Below, piece by piece: positions 10,093-18,414 of a DNA stretch of 32,000 bases; the first letter of the stretch is position 1; every line of letters starts with the position of its first letter. The notes beneath the pieces were generated by a model. That model saw only the letters and a list, made by a program, of their open reading frames with translations, searched no databases and was not told where the DNA came from. The stretch is from the NCBI RefSeq assembly GCF_000260965.1, contig NC_017856.1, positions 2,490,001 through 2,522,000 on the forward strand. The letters are read 5' to 3'. This DNA is from Methylophaga frappieri. Its GTDB lineage: Bacteria > Pseudomonadota > Gammaproteobacteria > Nitrosococcales > Methylophagaceae. Made by a program: the position numbers and the translations under genes.

Positions 10093-10168
10093 GGGTGCTT
10101 AGCTCAGCTGGGAGAGCATCGCCCTTACAAGGCGAGGGTCGGGGGTTCGAACCCCTCAGCACCCACCA
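10093..10168 (+). tRNA. tRNA-Val (anticodon UAC)
   Basis: GGGTGCTTAGCTCAGCTGGGAGAGCATCGCCCTTACAAGGCGAGGGTCGGGGGTTCGAACCCCTCAGCACCCACCA. Cloverleaf folds, anticodon loop CTTACAA, encoded CCA, 76 nt. Confidence 0.95.
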
Positions 10169-10178
10169 GAGATAAACA

Positions 10179-10255
10179 GGAGCGGTAGTTCAGCTGGTTA
10201 GAATGCTGGCCTGTCACGCCGGAGGTCGCGGGTTCGAGTCCCGTCCGCTCCGCCA
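10179..10255 (+). tRNA. tRNA-Asp (anticodon GUC)
   Basis: GGAGCGGTAGTTCAGCTGGTTAGAATGCTGGCCTGTCACGCCGGAGGTCGCGGGTTCGAGTCCCGTCCGCTCCGCCA. Anticodon loop CTGTCAC, encoded CCA, 77 nt. Confidence 0.95.
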
Positions 10256-10263
10256 ATACGAGA

Positions 10264-10293
10264 AAAGGCGCATTCGATGCGCCTTTTTTTTTG
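10264..10293 (+). terminator. Rho-independent terminator after tRNA-Asp
   Basis: AAAA, stem GGCGCAT, loop TCG, stem ATGCGCC, followed by a T9 run. Confidence 0.7.
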
Positions 10294-10334
10294 CCTCATT
10301 TTCAACATCGACGTTAATACGAAGGTTCGCTCAT

Positions 10335-12233
10335 ATGTTGCATTACATTCGTGAAAAAGCTCAGGGCTGGGTTGCTTGGCTAATTGTAGGTCTGATTAGT
10401 ATTCCGTTTGCGCTGTGGGGGCTGGACTCCTATCTGACAGGAGAGTCCAGTGTGACTGTGGCGACAGTCAATGGTGAAGACATCAGTCAATCAGATTTAC
10501 AGGCGGCACTTCAACAATATCGGGATCAAATGCGGAGCAGCATGGGCGAGGAGTTTGATCCAGCCATGTTTGAAGGGAGCAGTATGCGCTTTGCAGTAGT
10601 GCAGGATCTCATCGATCAGCGCTTACTGGAAAAGGCTTCTGATGAGCTTGGTCAGCGGATAGCGGATAGCGAAATTGCCAATATTGTCCGTCAAACGGAA
10701 GTTTTTCAGGTGGATGGGCAATTCAACATGGCGCATTATCAAACCGTATTGGCGAGAGCGGGCTATAGCCCGGCGGCGTATGAAGCGCAACTGAAAAATG
10801 ATCTGATCGGCCGTCAATTGGTACAGAACTTGGAACGGTCAACAGTTACTTCGACTCATGAAGTCGAACGTCTACTTCGACTCGAGCAACAGCAGCGTGA
10901 GATTGCTTTTGGCGTGTTGTCAATCGAAGCCTATCTCGAAGATGTCTCATTACCGGAAAACGCAGCGCGTGACCATTATGATGCGAATCAGGCAGCTTAT
11001 ACGGCGCCAGAACAGATTGCGGTCAATTATTTGCGGTTAACGGGAGATAAGTTGGCTGACAATGTAGAGGTAGATGAAACCCTATTGAAAAGTTTTTATG
11101 CCGATAATCGCGAGCAATTTGTTGGTCCTGAGCAACGTCGAGCCAGTCATATTCTGATTGAAGGTGATGACACCAACGCACAAGAAAAAATCGCTGATTT
11201 GGCGACACAATTAGCCGATGGTGCTGATTTTGTCGAATTAGCAAAAGCACATTCTCAGGATTCTGGTTCGGCCGAAGACGGCGGAGATCTGGGGTTTTTC
11301 AGTAAGGGGGTCATGGACCCTGCTTTTGAAGAGGCCGTGTTTGCACTTGATTTAGGTGAAGTCAGTGAGCCAGTTCAAACTGAATTTGGCTATCATCTGA
11401 TTAAGCTGACAGAAATTGATGTTCCTGCAGGCGCAGATTTTTCAGAAGCGCGTGATGAAGTCGAAGCGGCTTATCGTCGACAACAGGCGCGTGATCAGTT
11501 TTTTGAACAGGTTGAGCAATTAGCCAACCTTACCTACGAAAACCCGGAAAGTCTGGATATCGCAGCCGAAGCTTTAGGGCTTGAAATTCAGACAACCAGC
11601 TTGTTCACGCAACAAGGTAAAGGTGAAGATTTGATGGCAGAGCCCGCATTTATCGAGGCTGCCTTTAGTGATGATGTTCTGAATCATGATATGAATAGCA
11701 CGGTTATTGAGTTGTCCCTCATGGATGCCGTGGTGTTACGCAAGGCGCGCTATCAACCAGCGCAGGTACTGCCTTTTGATTCTGTTGGAACGGCGATAGA
11801 ACAAAATCTGAAATATCAGGCCGCTGCCGAAGCTGCGGCAGCAGCGGGCCAGGAAAAAATTACCGAATTAGAAGCAGGCGCTGAACCAGAGACGGTATTT
11901 GCTGATGGACAGTGGCAGGCTGCCACTTTCTATGGTCGGGATAATCAAGAAATCAGTCAGCAGATTCTCTCGACGGCGTTCTCTATGCCTCGCAGCAGTG
12001 ACGTCAGTTATGAAGGGTTTACCGCTGAAAACGGGAATTATATTGTAGTTGCGTTAATGGATGTGCGTTCAGGCGATCTTGAAGCTGTCAGCACGGAACA
12101 ACGCGATGGAATGGAAGCCAGTCTGACGCGCCTGAATACGAATACCGAGACGCAAGCCTTTATTGCAGGTCTCAGAGAAAAAGCCGATATTGAGATTTAT
12201 GATGAACGGATTTCTCGGGCACCCGAACAGTAA
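10335..12233 (+). CDS. ppiD: Periplasmic chaperone PpiD (membrane-anchored parvulin-like PPIase)
   Basis: MLHYIREKAQGWVAWLIVGLISIPFALWG matches the typical PpiD N-terminal anchor. Contains a parvulin domain (ASHILIE...GDLGFFSKGVM...FGYHLIKL). About 630 aa. The track ORF start at 10203 overlaps tRNA-Asp and is rejected. Confidence 0.85.
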   Translation: MLHYIREKAQGWVAWLIVGLISIPFALWGLDSYLTGESSVTVATVNGEDISQSDLQAALQQYRDQMRSSMGEEFDPAMFEGSSMRFAVVQDLIDQRLLEKASDELGQRIADSEIANIVRQTEVFQVDGQFNMAHYQTVLARAGYSPAAYEAQLKNDLIGRQLVQNLERSTVTSTHEVERLLRLEQQQREIAFGVLSIEAYLEDVSLPENAARDHYDANQAAYTAPEQIAVNYLRLTGDKLADNVEVDETLLKSFYADNREQFVGPEQRRASHILIEGDDTNAQEKIADLATQLADGADFVELAKAHSQDSGSAEDGGDLGFFSKGVMDPAFEEAVFALDLGEVSEPVQTEFGYHLIKLTEIDVPAGADFSEARDEVEAAYRRQQARDQFFEQVEQLANLTYENPESLDIAAEALGLEIQTTSLFTQQGKGEDLMAEPAFIEAAFSDDVLNHDMNSTVIELSLMDAVVLRKARYQPAQVLPFDSVGTAIEQNLKYQAAAEAAAAAGQEKITELEAGAEPETVFADGQWQAATFYGRDNQEISQQILSTAFSMPRSSDVSYEGFTAENGNYIVVALMDVRSGDLEAVSTEQRDGMEASLTRLNTNTETQAFIAGLREKADIEIYDERISRAPEQ

Positions 12234-12253
12234 CATTACAGCATGTTAAATCT

Positions 12254-12280
12254 AAAAAAGGCGCTTCAAGCGCCTTTTTT
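12254..12280. terminator. Bidirectional terminator shared by convergent ppiD and the DAACS transporter gene
   Basis: A6, stem GGCGC, loop TTCAA, stem GCGCC, T6. Perfectly symmetric A/T flanks. Confidence 0.65.
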
Positions 12281-13483
12281 AATGACATGTTTATCCAAGA
12301 TAGCAGCGCCAACACTATCTCCCCAGACATTGACTGTTGTCCGAAAGCGATCCAAAAACCAGTCGACTGACAGCAGTAGCGCAATGCCGTCCAAGGGCAG
12401 ACCCACAGCAGATAACACAATAACCATCGTCACCAGTCCTGCTTCAGGAATACCGGCTGCGCCAATGGCGGCTAGTGTGGCAGTGATAAACACAAGGCAC
12501 TGCTGTGCAAAGCTCAGATCCAGCCCGTAAGCCTGGGCAATGAATAAGACCGCTGCGGCTTCATAAAGAGCGGTGCCATCCATGTTGACGGTACTGCCCA
12601 GTGGCAAGACAAACTTGACTGCCTTGTCATCAACATTTTGAGCACGGACGGTTTCCATTGTCAGTGGCAGTGTGGCGGTTGAACTCGCCGTACCAAAGGC
12701 GGTAAACAACGCTCGGGACAGACCGGCCAAGTATTGCATACCCCGACCTGTCAGTAACATCAACAGGCCCATCAGAAAAATAAAGTGCAGACCAAGTCCG
12801 GTCAGCACCGTTACCACATGCCAGCCCACGGCCTGAATTTCGGCAAAAAAGGCGTCACCGCCACCAGCTTGACCTAACCGGCTGGCAATCAGAGAAAAGA
12901 TACCAATCGGTGCCAAATACATGACCCAGTTAACCAGGGTCATCATGGCTTCGTTGACGCCATCAAAAAACATAAAGACGTGGCGCCCTCTGTCGCCTAA
13001 AGTGCATAATGCCAAACCAAACAATATTGAAAAAACGATCAGTGGTAACAGTTGCATGTCTGCGGCAGCAGCAATCAGATTTGGTGAGATAAGGGACAGT
13101 ACAATATCGGCGATACCAGTACCTTGTTTTTCAAGAATATGTGCGGGAACTTCAGCATTGTCGAGACTCATGCCAGCACCTGGCTGGATCAGGTTAACCA
13201 CAACAAGACCAATCATAACGGCCACAGAAGTCGTGGTGAAATAATAAACCAGCGTCATGCTGCCAAGCCGACCCAGCCGTCGAAGATCGCCCATGGTACC
13301 GATACCACTGATAACCGCAGCGATGATAAGCGGGATGATCAACATTTTCAGGGCATTGAGAAAAAATTGACCTACCCAACTGATTTTTTGGCTGATGTCA
13401 GGCAGGAACCAGCCAGTAAGAATGCCAGCCAAGGCGCCGATGATAATTCCCAGTAGCAGTAGATAGGCATGCCTGGTCTTCAT
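12266..13483 (-). CDS. Dicarboxylate/amino acid:cation symporter (DAACS / GltP-DctA family)
   Basis: 405 aa polytopic membrane protein. Family-typical segments include FLNALKMLIIPLIIAAVISGI, ...LPLGSTVNMDGTALYE..., ...AAIGAAGIPEAGLVTM... and ...DRFRTTVNVWGDS. AAGGAG RBS. Confidence 0.85.
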   Translation of the reverse strand: MKTRHAYLLLLGIIIGALAGILTGWFLPDISQKISWVGQFFLNALKMLIIPLIIAAVISGIGTMGDLRRLGRLGSMTLVYYFTTTSVAVMIGLVVVNLIQPGAGMSLDNAEVPAHILEKQGTGIADIVLSLISPNLIAAAADMQLLPLIVFSILFGLALCTLGDRGRHVFMFFDGVNEAMMTLVNWVMYLAPIGIFSLIASRLGQAGGGDAFFAEIQAVGWHVVTVLTGLGLHFIFLMGLLMLLTGRGMQYLAGLSRALFTAFGTASSTATLPLTMETVRAQNVDDKAVKFVLPLGSTVNMDGTALYEAAAVLFIAQAYGLDLSFAQQCLVFITATLAAIGAAGIPEAGLVTMVIVLSAVGLPLDGIALLLSVDWFLDRFRTTVNVWGDSVGAAILDKHVIKKGA

Positions 13484-13500
13484 AAGTGCTGCTCCTTAGC

Positions 13501-13534
13501 CAAAAACGAAACGGGGCAAGAAAACCTGCCCCGT
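13501..13534 (-). terminator. Putative Rho-independent terminator downstream of fabI (lies in the transporter leader)
   Basis: The minus strand reads ACGGGGCA-GGTTTTCT-TGCCCCGT followed by TTCGTTTTT. The hairpin ends 17 nt before the transporter's start codon. Confidence 0.55.
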
Positions 13535-13563
13535 TGTAAATAACAAATTATACGAAAACAGGT

Positions 13564-14352
13564 TTATTTGTCGCCGATACCAACAATGTTGTAGCCAGCA
13601 TCAACATAGGTGATTTCACCGGTAATACCTGATGCGAGATCCGAGCACAAAAAGGCGGCGACATTACCAACTTCATCAATTGTGACGTTGCGACGTAATG
13701 GTGAATTTCGTTCGCCATACGCAAGCATTTTGCCAAAGTCACCAATACCGGCTGCCGCCAGCGTTTTGATTGGGCCAGCCGATACCGCATTGACCCGAAT
13801 GCCCTCGGGCCCCAAGGAGTAGGCCATGTAACGCACAGTGGCTTCCAATGCGGCTTTGGCAACGCCCATCACATTGTAGTTTTCGATAGCTTTTTCCGCT
13901 CCCAGATAGCTGAGCGTCAATAATGAACCTTGGCGACCAGCTAACATTGACTTGCCGGCTTTAGCTAATGCCGCAAAACTATAAGCACTAATATCGTTGG
14001 CAGCAGCAAATCCCTCACGGGTAACGCTGTCGACAAAACTGCCCTGTAACTGTTCACGTGGCGCGAAAGCGACTGAGTGCACAATACTATCCAGTCCATC
14101 CCAGTGAGATGACAAACTGTCAATAACAGCATTGATTTCGGTATCTGAGCTGACGTCACAGGGGAAAATTAAATTGGCATCAGCACCACATTCTTCGGCA
14201 ATTTTTTCTACACGGGATTTCAGTTTTTCATTTTGATAGGTAAAAGCAAGCTCGGCGCCTTCTCTGGCCATGGCATGTGCAATGCCGGCTGCAATAGAAC
14301 GATTGCTGGCAATGCCGACGATAAGCACTTTTTTGCCTTGTAAAAACCCCAT
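13564..14352 (-). CDS. fabI: Enoyl-[acyl-carrier-protein] reductase (NADH) FabI
   Basis: [26 protein letters not shown]-terminus. SDR-type Y/K region (...[24 protein letters not shown]...). C-terminal [15 protein letters not shown] chose M6 of the track ORF (AGGAGA RBS 6 nt upstream) because FabI proteins typically start MGFL. Confidence 0.9.
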   Translation of the reverse strand: MGFLQGKKVLIVGIASNRSIAAGIAHAMAREGAELAFTYQNEKLKSRVEKIAEECGADANLIFPCDVSSDTEINAVIDSLSSHWDGLDSIVHSVAFAPREQLQGSFVDSVTREGFAAANDISAYSFAALAKAGKSMLAGRQGSLLTLSYLGAEKAIENYNVMGVAKAALEATVRYMAYSLGPEGIRVNAVSAGPIKTLAAAGIGDFGKMLAYGERNSPLRRNVTIDEVGNVAAFLCSDLASGITGEITYVDAGYNIVGIGDK

Positions 14353-14473
14353 GACTTTCTCCTGCAATAATAAAGCGACTTAAAGTACCCGATTTTAGTC
14401 TTGTCGTGAAGTGCAAAGGGATCGGATAGGCCGTTATAGTCTTTGTATAAAAACCTGCGTAAAGTAATTGCCC

Positions 14474-16618
14474 ATGTATCCAAAATTCCTGTTTCTGATG
14501 CTTTTCAGCTGTATGTTGTTGGCTTGTGATATGAGCAGATTGAACTCGCCTTATCCGAAACAAGATAGCGCTGAAGCGGTGTTATATACTGGATTTAATT
14601 TACGTCCCAAACATTTAGACCCTGCGCGATCATACAGCGCTAATGAAACGATTATCACCGGGCAAGTGTATGAGCCACCACTCCAATATCATTATTTGAA
14701 ACGACCCTATCAGTTGCAACCATTGACGGCTGCGACCATGCCGGAACTAACCTGGCTGGACGAACATGGAGCGGAGCTGTCAGCGGATGCTAATCCAGAT
14801 GAAATTCATTTTAGTCGATATCGGATAACTATTCGTCCCGGCATTGCGTTTCAACCACATCCGGCTTTTGCGCGTGATGAGAATGGCAACCTCAGATACC
14901 ACCAGCTCTCCGCATCAGCTTTGGAGGAGATTGAACACCTGAATGATTTTGCTTTCACCGGCAGTCGTGAATTGCGCGCGGCGGATTATGTTTATCAGAT
15001 TAAACGTTTGGCTCATCCAGCGGTGAGTTCACCTATTCTTGGCCTGATGAGCGAGCATATCGTTGGATTACGTACCTTTGCAGAGACGGTTGTGGAGGCG
15101 TTTTCGCATAATCCGCAGACTGATTTACGAGATGTGCCGTTAGCCGGGGTCAACGTATTGAATAACTATCAATACGAAATTACGGTTTACGGCCAATATC
15201 CACAACTGGAATATTGGTTGGCGATGCCATTTTTTGCACCGATCCCATGGGAAGCAGATCACTTTTATCGTCAGCCTGGTCTGCAGCAGAAAAATATTAC
15301 CCTGGATTGGTTTCCTGTTGGTACCGGTCCCTATTACCTTGCTGAAAACAATCCAAATCGGCGCATGGTGCTGAAGCGTAATCCTAATTACCATGGTGAG
15401 CGATATCCAACTGAAGGCGCACCAGGTGATAAAGCCGCGGGATTACTGGATGATGCCGGCAAACCCATGCCGTTTATCGATAGCGTGGTATTTACCTTGG
15501 AAAAGGAGAGCACGCCTTACTGGAATAAATTTTTGCAAGGTTACTATGACTACAGTGCACTGACTTCGGATAGTTTTGAACAATCGGTCAGTTTATCTTC
15601 CTCGGGTGATTTTGGACTCAGCGAACAAATGCGTTCCCAAGGGGTTGCCATGGAGTCGGCAGTCAGCGCGTCTACATTTTATATTGGTTTCAATATGCTT
15701 GACCCGGTAGTGGGCGGGCTGACAGAAAAAAATCGTCTGCTTCGTCGCGCCTTGGCTATCGCCGTTGATCAGGAAGAAAACATTGCGATTTTTTTAAACG
15801 GACAAGGCATTCCGGCGCAAGGACCAATTCCGCCTGGTATTTTTGGCTATCGCGAAGGAGAATCGGGCATCGATCCTTATGTGTACGAATGGGATGGTGA
15901 AAAACCGCGTACCCGTTCACTTGATGAGGCCAAAAGCTTATTAGCTGAGGCGGGTTACCCTGACGGTCGAGATGCAAAAACCGGTGCGCCCTTAGTGCTC
16001 TATTTTGATGTGCCGGCGCGGGGCCCTGATTCTCGGTCGCAACTTGACTGGGTGCGCAAACAGTTTGCCAAACTCAATGTGCAGCTGATTATTCGCAGCA
16101 CAGATTACAATCGATTTCAGGAAAAAATGCGTCGCGGTTCTGCGCAAATTTTTCAGTGGGGGTGGAATGCCGATTATCCAGATCCAGAAAATTTTTTATT
16201 TCTGCTGTATGGTCCGAATGGCAAAAGTCTGTATGCAGGAGAAAATGCGGCGAACTATCTGAATCCCGATTTTGATGCCTTGTTTGAGAAGATGCGTGCT
16301 TTGCCGAATACGCTAGAAAGGCAGAAAATAATTGATGACATGCTGGAAGTGTTACGTCGTGATGCGCCATGGATATGGGGGTATCATCCACGTAAATACA
16401 CGCTTTATCATCGCTGGAATAAAAATATTAAAACGCATTTAATGGCAAATAACACGATTAAATATCAGCGGCTTGATTTGGCGCTTCGCGAAAAATTACA
16501 AACCGATTGGAATACGCCAGTCTGGTGGCCTGTCGGATTAACTGTACTGATTTTAATAGCTGGGCTTGTTCCAGCTTGGCACATTTATCAGCGACGTCGA
16601 TATCATAAAAAAGCATGA
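14474..16618 (+). CDS. Family-5 (peptide/opine/nickel type) ABC substrate-binding lipoprotein with C-terminal TM anchor; no transporter partner genes in this window
   Basis: Signal sequence with lipobox LLAC followed by Asp (..MLFSCMLLAC|D). Long SBP_bac_5-like body (...NPNYHGERYP..., ...WGWNADYPDPENFL...). C-terminus WWPVGLTVLILIAGLVPAWHIYQRRRYHKKA is a TM helix plus a basic tail. The track starts at TTG 14468; ATG 14474 is preferred. Confidence 0.75.
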   Translation: MYPKFLFLMLFSCMLLACDMSRLNSPYPKQDSAEAVLYTGFNLRPKHLDPARSYSANETIITGQVYEPPLQYHYLKRPYQLQPLTAATMPELTWLDEHGAELSADANPDEIHFSRYRITIRPGIAFQPHPAFARDENGNLRYHQLSASALEEIEHLNDFAFTGSRELRAADYVYQIKRLAHPAVSSPILGLMSEHIVGLRTFAETVVEAFSHNPQTDLRDVPLAGVNVLNNYQYEITVYGQYPQLEYWLAMPFFAPIPWEADHFYRQPGLQQKNITLDWFPVGTGPYYLAENNPNRRMVLKRNPNYHGERYPTEGAPGDKAAGLLDDAGKPMPFIDSVVFTLEKESTPYWNKFLQGYYDYSALTSDSFEQSVSLSSSGDFGLSEQMRSQGVAMESAVSASTFYIGFNMLDPVVGGLTEKNRLLRRALAIAVDQEENIAIFLNGQGIPAQGPIPPGIFGYREGESGIDPYVYEWDGEKPRTRSLDEAKSLLAEAGYPDGRDAKTGAPLVLYFDVPARGPDSRSQLDWVRKQFAKLNVQLIIRSTDYNRFQEKMRRGSAQIFQWGWNADYPDPENFLFLLYGPNGKSLYAGENAANYLNPDFDALFEKMRALPNTLERQKIIDDMLEVLRRDAPWIWGYHPRKYTLYHRWNKNIKTHLMANNTIKYQRLDLALREKLQTDWNTPVWWPVGLTVLILIAGLVPAWHIYQRRRYHKKA

Positions 16619-16699
16619 TGCTGTTGTGATTGTGTCGGATTTGTGATGCATTGTTTAGAATATACGCTTTTGCCATCATCAGCTTAAGGAGTGAGAGTC

Positions 16700-17473
16700 T
16701 TGGATTTGGCAACGCTGATAGGATTTCTTCTGGCTTGGTCTTTGATAATCGGTACGATTGCGTTTGGCGCAGCCGCCAGTACCTTCATCAATATGCCATC
16801 ATTCATGATTGTGCTTGGTGGTACTTTCGCTGTCGTCATGATGCGATTTACTCTGAAGCAATTCATCAATTCAATTAAAACCGCGACGCGCGCTTTCTTA
16901 AATCGCAGCGTGAAGCCGCAAGATGTCATTGAAGAAGTTGTACAGCTGGCTAGTGTGGCGCGCAAAGAAGGCTTACTAGCTCTGGAGCGTCAAGAGGTTA
17001 GCAACCCCGCCTTGGCGCTGGGTGTCAGAATGTTGGTGGATGGACATGATCCGAGTGTTGTTCGTAAAGCGATGATGACCGAAATGAACGGTACGGTCAG
17101 CCGACATCAAATTGGCCAGCAATTGTTTCAGCAAATTGGCGATGCCGCGCCGGCAATGGGCATGATTGGGACTTTAGTCGGACTGGTGCAAATGTTGTCA
17201 AATATGTCTGATCCAAGAGCAATCGGTCCTGCTATGGCTATTGCACTGCTTACGACGTTATATGGCGCGATGATTGCCAATATGTTTGCTTTACCGATTG
17301 CTGACAAGCTGGCTTTACGTAGCAGTGAAGAACTGATGATCAAAAATATCATTATCGAAAGTGTGATGGGCATACAGGAAGGCCAGAATCCGAAAGTGCT
17401 GGAAGAATTACTGAAAAATTTCCTGCCCGCATCTGATCGGGAACGTGAAGACTTGGCGGCCGAAGCTGCCTGA
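16700..17473 (+). CDS. motA: Flagellar motor stator protein A (MotA/PomA type)
   Basis: DLATLIG... N-terminus and a conserved core (GDAAPAMGMIGTLVGLVQMLSNMSDPRAIGPAMAIALLTTLYGAMIANMFALPIADKL), closely resembling PomA/MotC/MotP. About 257 aa. TTG 16700 is preferred (AAGGAG at 16686-16691); the track uses GTG 16691. Confidence 0.85.
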   Translation: MDLATLIGFLLAWSLIIGTIAFGAAASTFINMPSFMIVLGGTFAVVMMRFTLKQFINSIKTATRAFLNRSVKPQDVIEEVVQLASVARKEGLLALERQEVSNPALALGVRMLVDGHDPSVVRKAMMTEMNGTVSRHQIGQQLFQQIGDAAPAMGMIGTLVGLVQMLSNMSDPRAIGPAMAIALLTTLYGAMIANMFALPIADKLALRSSEELMIKNIIIESVMGIQEGQNPKVLEELLKNFLPASDREREDLAAEAA

Positions 17474-17481
17474 ATCAGGAA

Positions 17482-18381
17482 TTGCACGTGTCAGAAGCAA
17501 ATACGCAACGTCATGCTCAGCATCAAAAGCGCGCTTTGCCAGCGTATATTGCGACATTTGCTGACTTAATGTCATTGCTGATGTGTTTTTTTGTTTTGTT
17601 GCTGTCGTTTGCAGAGATCGATGCCATGAAATTTAAAATGGTCGTTGATTCCCTTGAAAAGGCCTTTGGCGTTCAACGAGATGTGCCTGCTATAGAAATA
17701 CCGATGGGCACCAGTATTATTGCGCAAGAGTTTAGTCCGGGAGAGCCGAGACCTACTCCCATCAACGTGGTGCAACAGCAAACGATTGATGATCCGCGTG
17801 AGGTCTTGAAAGTCACCATGGATGCCGAAGCGGCTGCCCAGGAAATTGCGCGGCAAACCGCGGAAGAAGCCGAAAAGTTTAAACAAGCATTGCAGGCAGA
17901 AATAGCTGATGGGCTGATTGAAGTCGAAAACCAGGAAAATCGAATTGTCATTCGCATCCGTGAAAAAGGGTCGTTTCCCTCTGGTGATGCACAAATTAAT
18001 ACCGACTTTATTCCAATTCTGAAAACCATTCATGATGTGTTATTGGATACTGATGGCTTGATCGCAGTTGCCGGTCACACCGATAATATCCCGATCAACA
18101 CATCACGTTATCGCTCCAATTGGGAGTTGTCGAGTTCACGTGCTACCTCGGTTGTTCATGAATTATTGACCTATCAACAACTTTCGCCTGACCGACTGAT
18201 GGTTGAAGGGTATGCCGACACGCGGCCCTTGATGCCGAACGATAGCCCGACAAGCCGGGCACAAAATCGCCGAGTCGAAATCGTGGTTCTGAAATCATTG
18301 ACGGTTAATGACACAACGCACCCTATCGAGAGTTTGCGTGAGACGTTACCTGCTGAAGGTGGCGTAACGGTAGCGCCTTAA
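17482..18381 (+). CDS. motB: Flagellar motor stator protein B (MotB/PomB type, OmpA-like C-domain)
   Basis: TM segment with the channel Asp (ATFADLMSLLMCFFVLLLSF). PomB-like plug region. OmpA-like peptidoglycan-binding end (GHTDNIPI...YRSNWELSSSRA...NRRVEIVV). The start is TTG 17482 or GTG 17488. Confidence 0.85.
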   Translation: MHVSEANTQRHAQHQKRALPAYIATFADLMSLLMCFFVLLLSFAEIDAMKFKMVVDSLEKAFGVQRDVPAIEIPMGTSIIAQEFSPGEPRPTPINVVQQQTIDDPREVLKVTMDAEAAAQEIARQTAEEAEKFKQALQAEIADGLIEVENQENRIVIRIREKGSFPSGDAQINTDFIPILKTIHDVLLDTDGLIAVAGHTDNIPINTSRYRSNWELSSSRATSVVHELLTYQQLSPDRLMVEGYADTRPLMPNDSPTSRAQNRRVEIVVLKSLTVNDTTHPIESLRETLPAEGGVTVAP

Positions 18382-18414
18382 AACGCGACCAATTAGATTC
18401 AACTTGAGGAAACT

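Noticed and set aside
9824-10162. 112-aa ORF antisense to hupB and tRNA-Val. Also the 10203-10334 N-terminal extension of the ppiD ORF, which translates through tRNA-Asp.
   Set aside because: Both overlap well-supported genes and tRNAs, and the sequences are low-complexity. The ppiD homology starts at M45 (ATG 10335).
12243-12530. 95-aa plus-strand ORF starting in the ppiD/transporter terminator.
   Set aside because: It is entirely antisense to the well-supported DAACS transporter gene and starts within the terminator hairpin.
16691-18381. MotAB-like pair as part of a non-flagellar system (Zorya-type anti-phage ZorAB, ExbBD/TolQR-like, or a module working with the neighbouring SBP).
   Set aside because: Both proteins have canonical flagellar-stator size (about 257 and 299 aa). 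Both show near-collinear similarity to PomA/PomB, including the PomB FADLMSLLMCFFVLLLSF channel segment and the OmpA-like end. ZorA would be much longer with a tail domain, and no zorC/zorD-like genes are present.
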